The notes under the pieces: generated by a model | What the model saw: only the letters and a program-made list of their open reading frames with translations | What the model was told of the DNA's origin: nothing | Databases searched by the model: none | Made by a program: the position numbers and the translations under genes | From: Chiloscyllium plagiosum | Taxonomy: Eukaryota | Direction: 5' to 3' | Assembly: GCF_004010195.1 (NCBI RefSeq) | Contig: NC_057719.1 | Location: forward strand, 6,966,740-7,030,739 | Length of the DNA: 64,000 bases | In this document: positions 62,801-64,000 of the stretch, one piece after another | Position numbering within the stretch: position 1 is the first letter of the stretch | Layout of the letters: each line of letters opens with the position of its first letter

Positions 62801-63882
62801 GCACACTACTTGCTTCCCTCTCCTCAATACTCATTTAATGAAAAGTGTTACTTAATTTCTTGCCCAAGAATATGTCATCCTACCTTGATTTAACATCTCA
62901 TTTGAAAGTTGGAACCGCATGTTTTATGCTTCACTCCCTCATGATGGCCGTAGTCAATCCCCCTTGATTTTTATCTTCAAGTCCTGCTGTGGACCTTAAA
63001 CTCCATTTTCTGACTTCAAGGTGAGATTAGTACCAACTGAGTTGCTTCCATGTGTGTAAAAGATTTACCAATGAAAGATGTTTGATTTCTAACTATTCTT
63101 GAAACTATAAATCCTTTTGTCTTGATCCAGTATGTCATAAACCTTAAATGCTTCTACAATGAACACCTGAAAGACCTAAATCTCAACTAATTAAATATGG
63201 ACATTACCTTTGTTCCAGGGAACACTCTCATCACTTTGTGTGTTAGCTTATCAATAACAGTTGTCTCTCTGTTCCACCGTGGACAAACCAAATATGATTA
63301 ACGTGATCAGAATGTTCATTATCTTTCCTCCATTATCTTGGTTTCCCTTAGCCAAACTAGGCTGTTGAATCTTGATTCCAAACAATGATACAAAATGCAT
63401 CACTAACAAACTATCCTTCATTTGAAAGAAGCATTTTGGAAGTCACCTGATAAGTCATTTTGTTATCTACTTTTAAACCCAGCAGAAGTCGCTTGCGAAG
63501 AGACAGAATGTCACCAAAAGCCATCAAACAATCTACAAGTCATCTGAGCAGCAAAGGTCATAATACCTTGTGGGAGCTATTACCAGAGAGAATGAACCCC
63601 ATTCCATGTTTTCCAATGTCAAATTCACCTGAGAACTCACCTTCTGGAAATTTGTGTTAAAGAAAGTTTGCAGCTTATTGATAATCCTTTTTCTTTACAA
63701 GACTTTAACTTCTCGTTTAAAGTGTTACTTTCATCTAGTCTCAAATTTCAAAAAATAAATTGAGGAGACTGCCTCAAAAACAACCATAAAGGGGTTTATA
63801 AGTTGCAGCTATATTTTACTCATCTGAACCTAACAATTGTGTAAAATCAGTGAGATATTGCATTAAAATCTGCGTCTGGTGT

Positions 63883-64000
63883 GCCTGATGAAGAGTTTAC
63901 GCCCGAAAAATCAACTTTCCTGCTCCTCAGATGCTGCCTGACCTGCTGTGCTTTTCCAGCATGACATTCTTGACTCTGATCGCCAGCATCTGCGGTCCTC
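63883..64000 (+). mobile_element. PLE family A pseudo-LTR fragment (runs off the window)
   Basis: cctgatgaag...cccgaaa decayed hammerhead followed by the family A body. Confidence 0.8.

Noticed and set aside
63641..63734. Possible minus-strand exon ending AG|gtgagt
   Set aside because: The acceptor is weak and the peptide unrecognisable; compatible with chance.
4886..64000. Recurring short repeats as a CRISPR-like or prokaryotic array
   Set aside because: They are dispersed, in both orientations, with TSDs and no regular spacers; the DNA is eukaryotic.

Overview
Repeat-dense vertebrate genomic DNA, most likely intronic or intergenic sequence from a shark or other elasmobranch. That assignment is inferred from abundant HE1-like V-SINEs and HER1/CR1-like LINEs sharing a 3' tail. 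No intact host gene is recognisable; almost every listed ORF is a degraded piece of a CR1/L2/RTE LINE, a Penelope-like element (PLE), a SINE or an LTR. Two things stand out. (1) At ~44741-46200 (minus strand) lies the 3' end of an LTR retroelement/ERV: a decayed env TM subunit, a polypurine tract and a 3' LTR. The TM has a Cys-flanked internal fusion loop and a heptad/ISD segment that aligns without gaps to my recollection of filovirus GP2. (2) At least three PLE families have left many 100-220 bp insertions, often fold-back hairpins with 8-19 bp target-site duplications, carrying minimal type I hammerhead ribozyme motifs with covarying stems. Also present are nested TE insertions, solo LTRs, local templated duplications and a few weak splice-site or exon candidates. 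Element boundaries were read by eye and are approximate unless a TSD is quoted.
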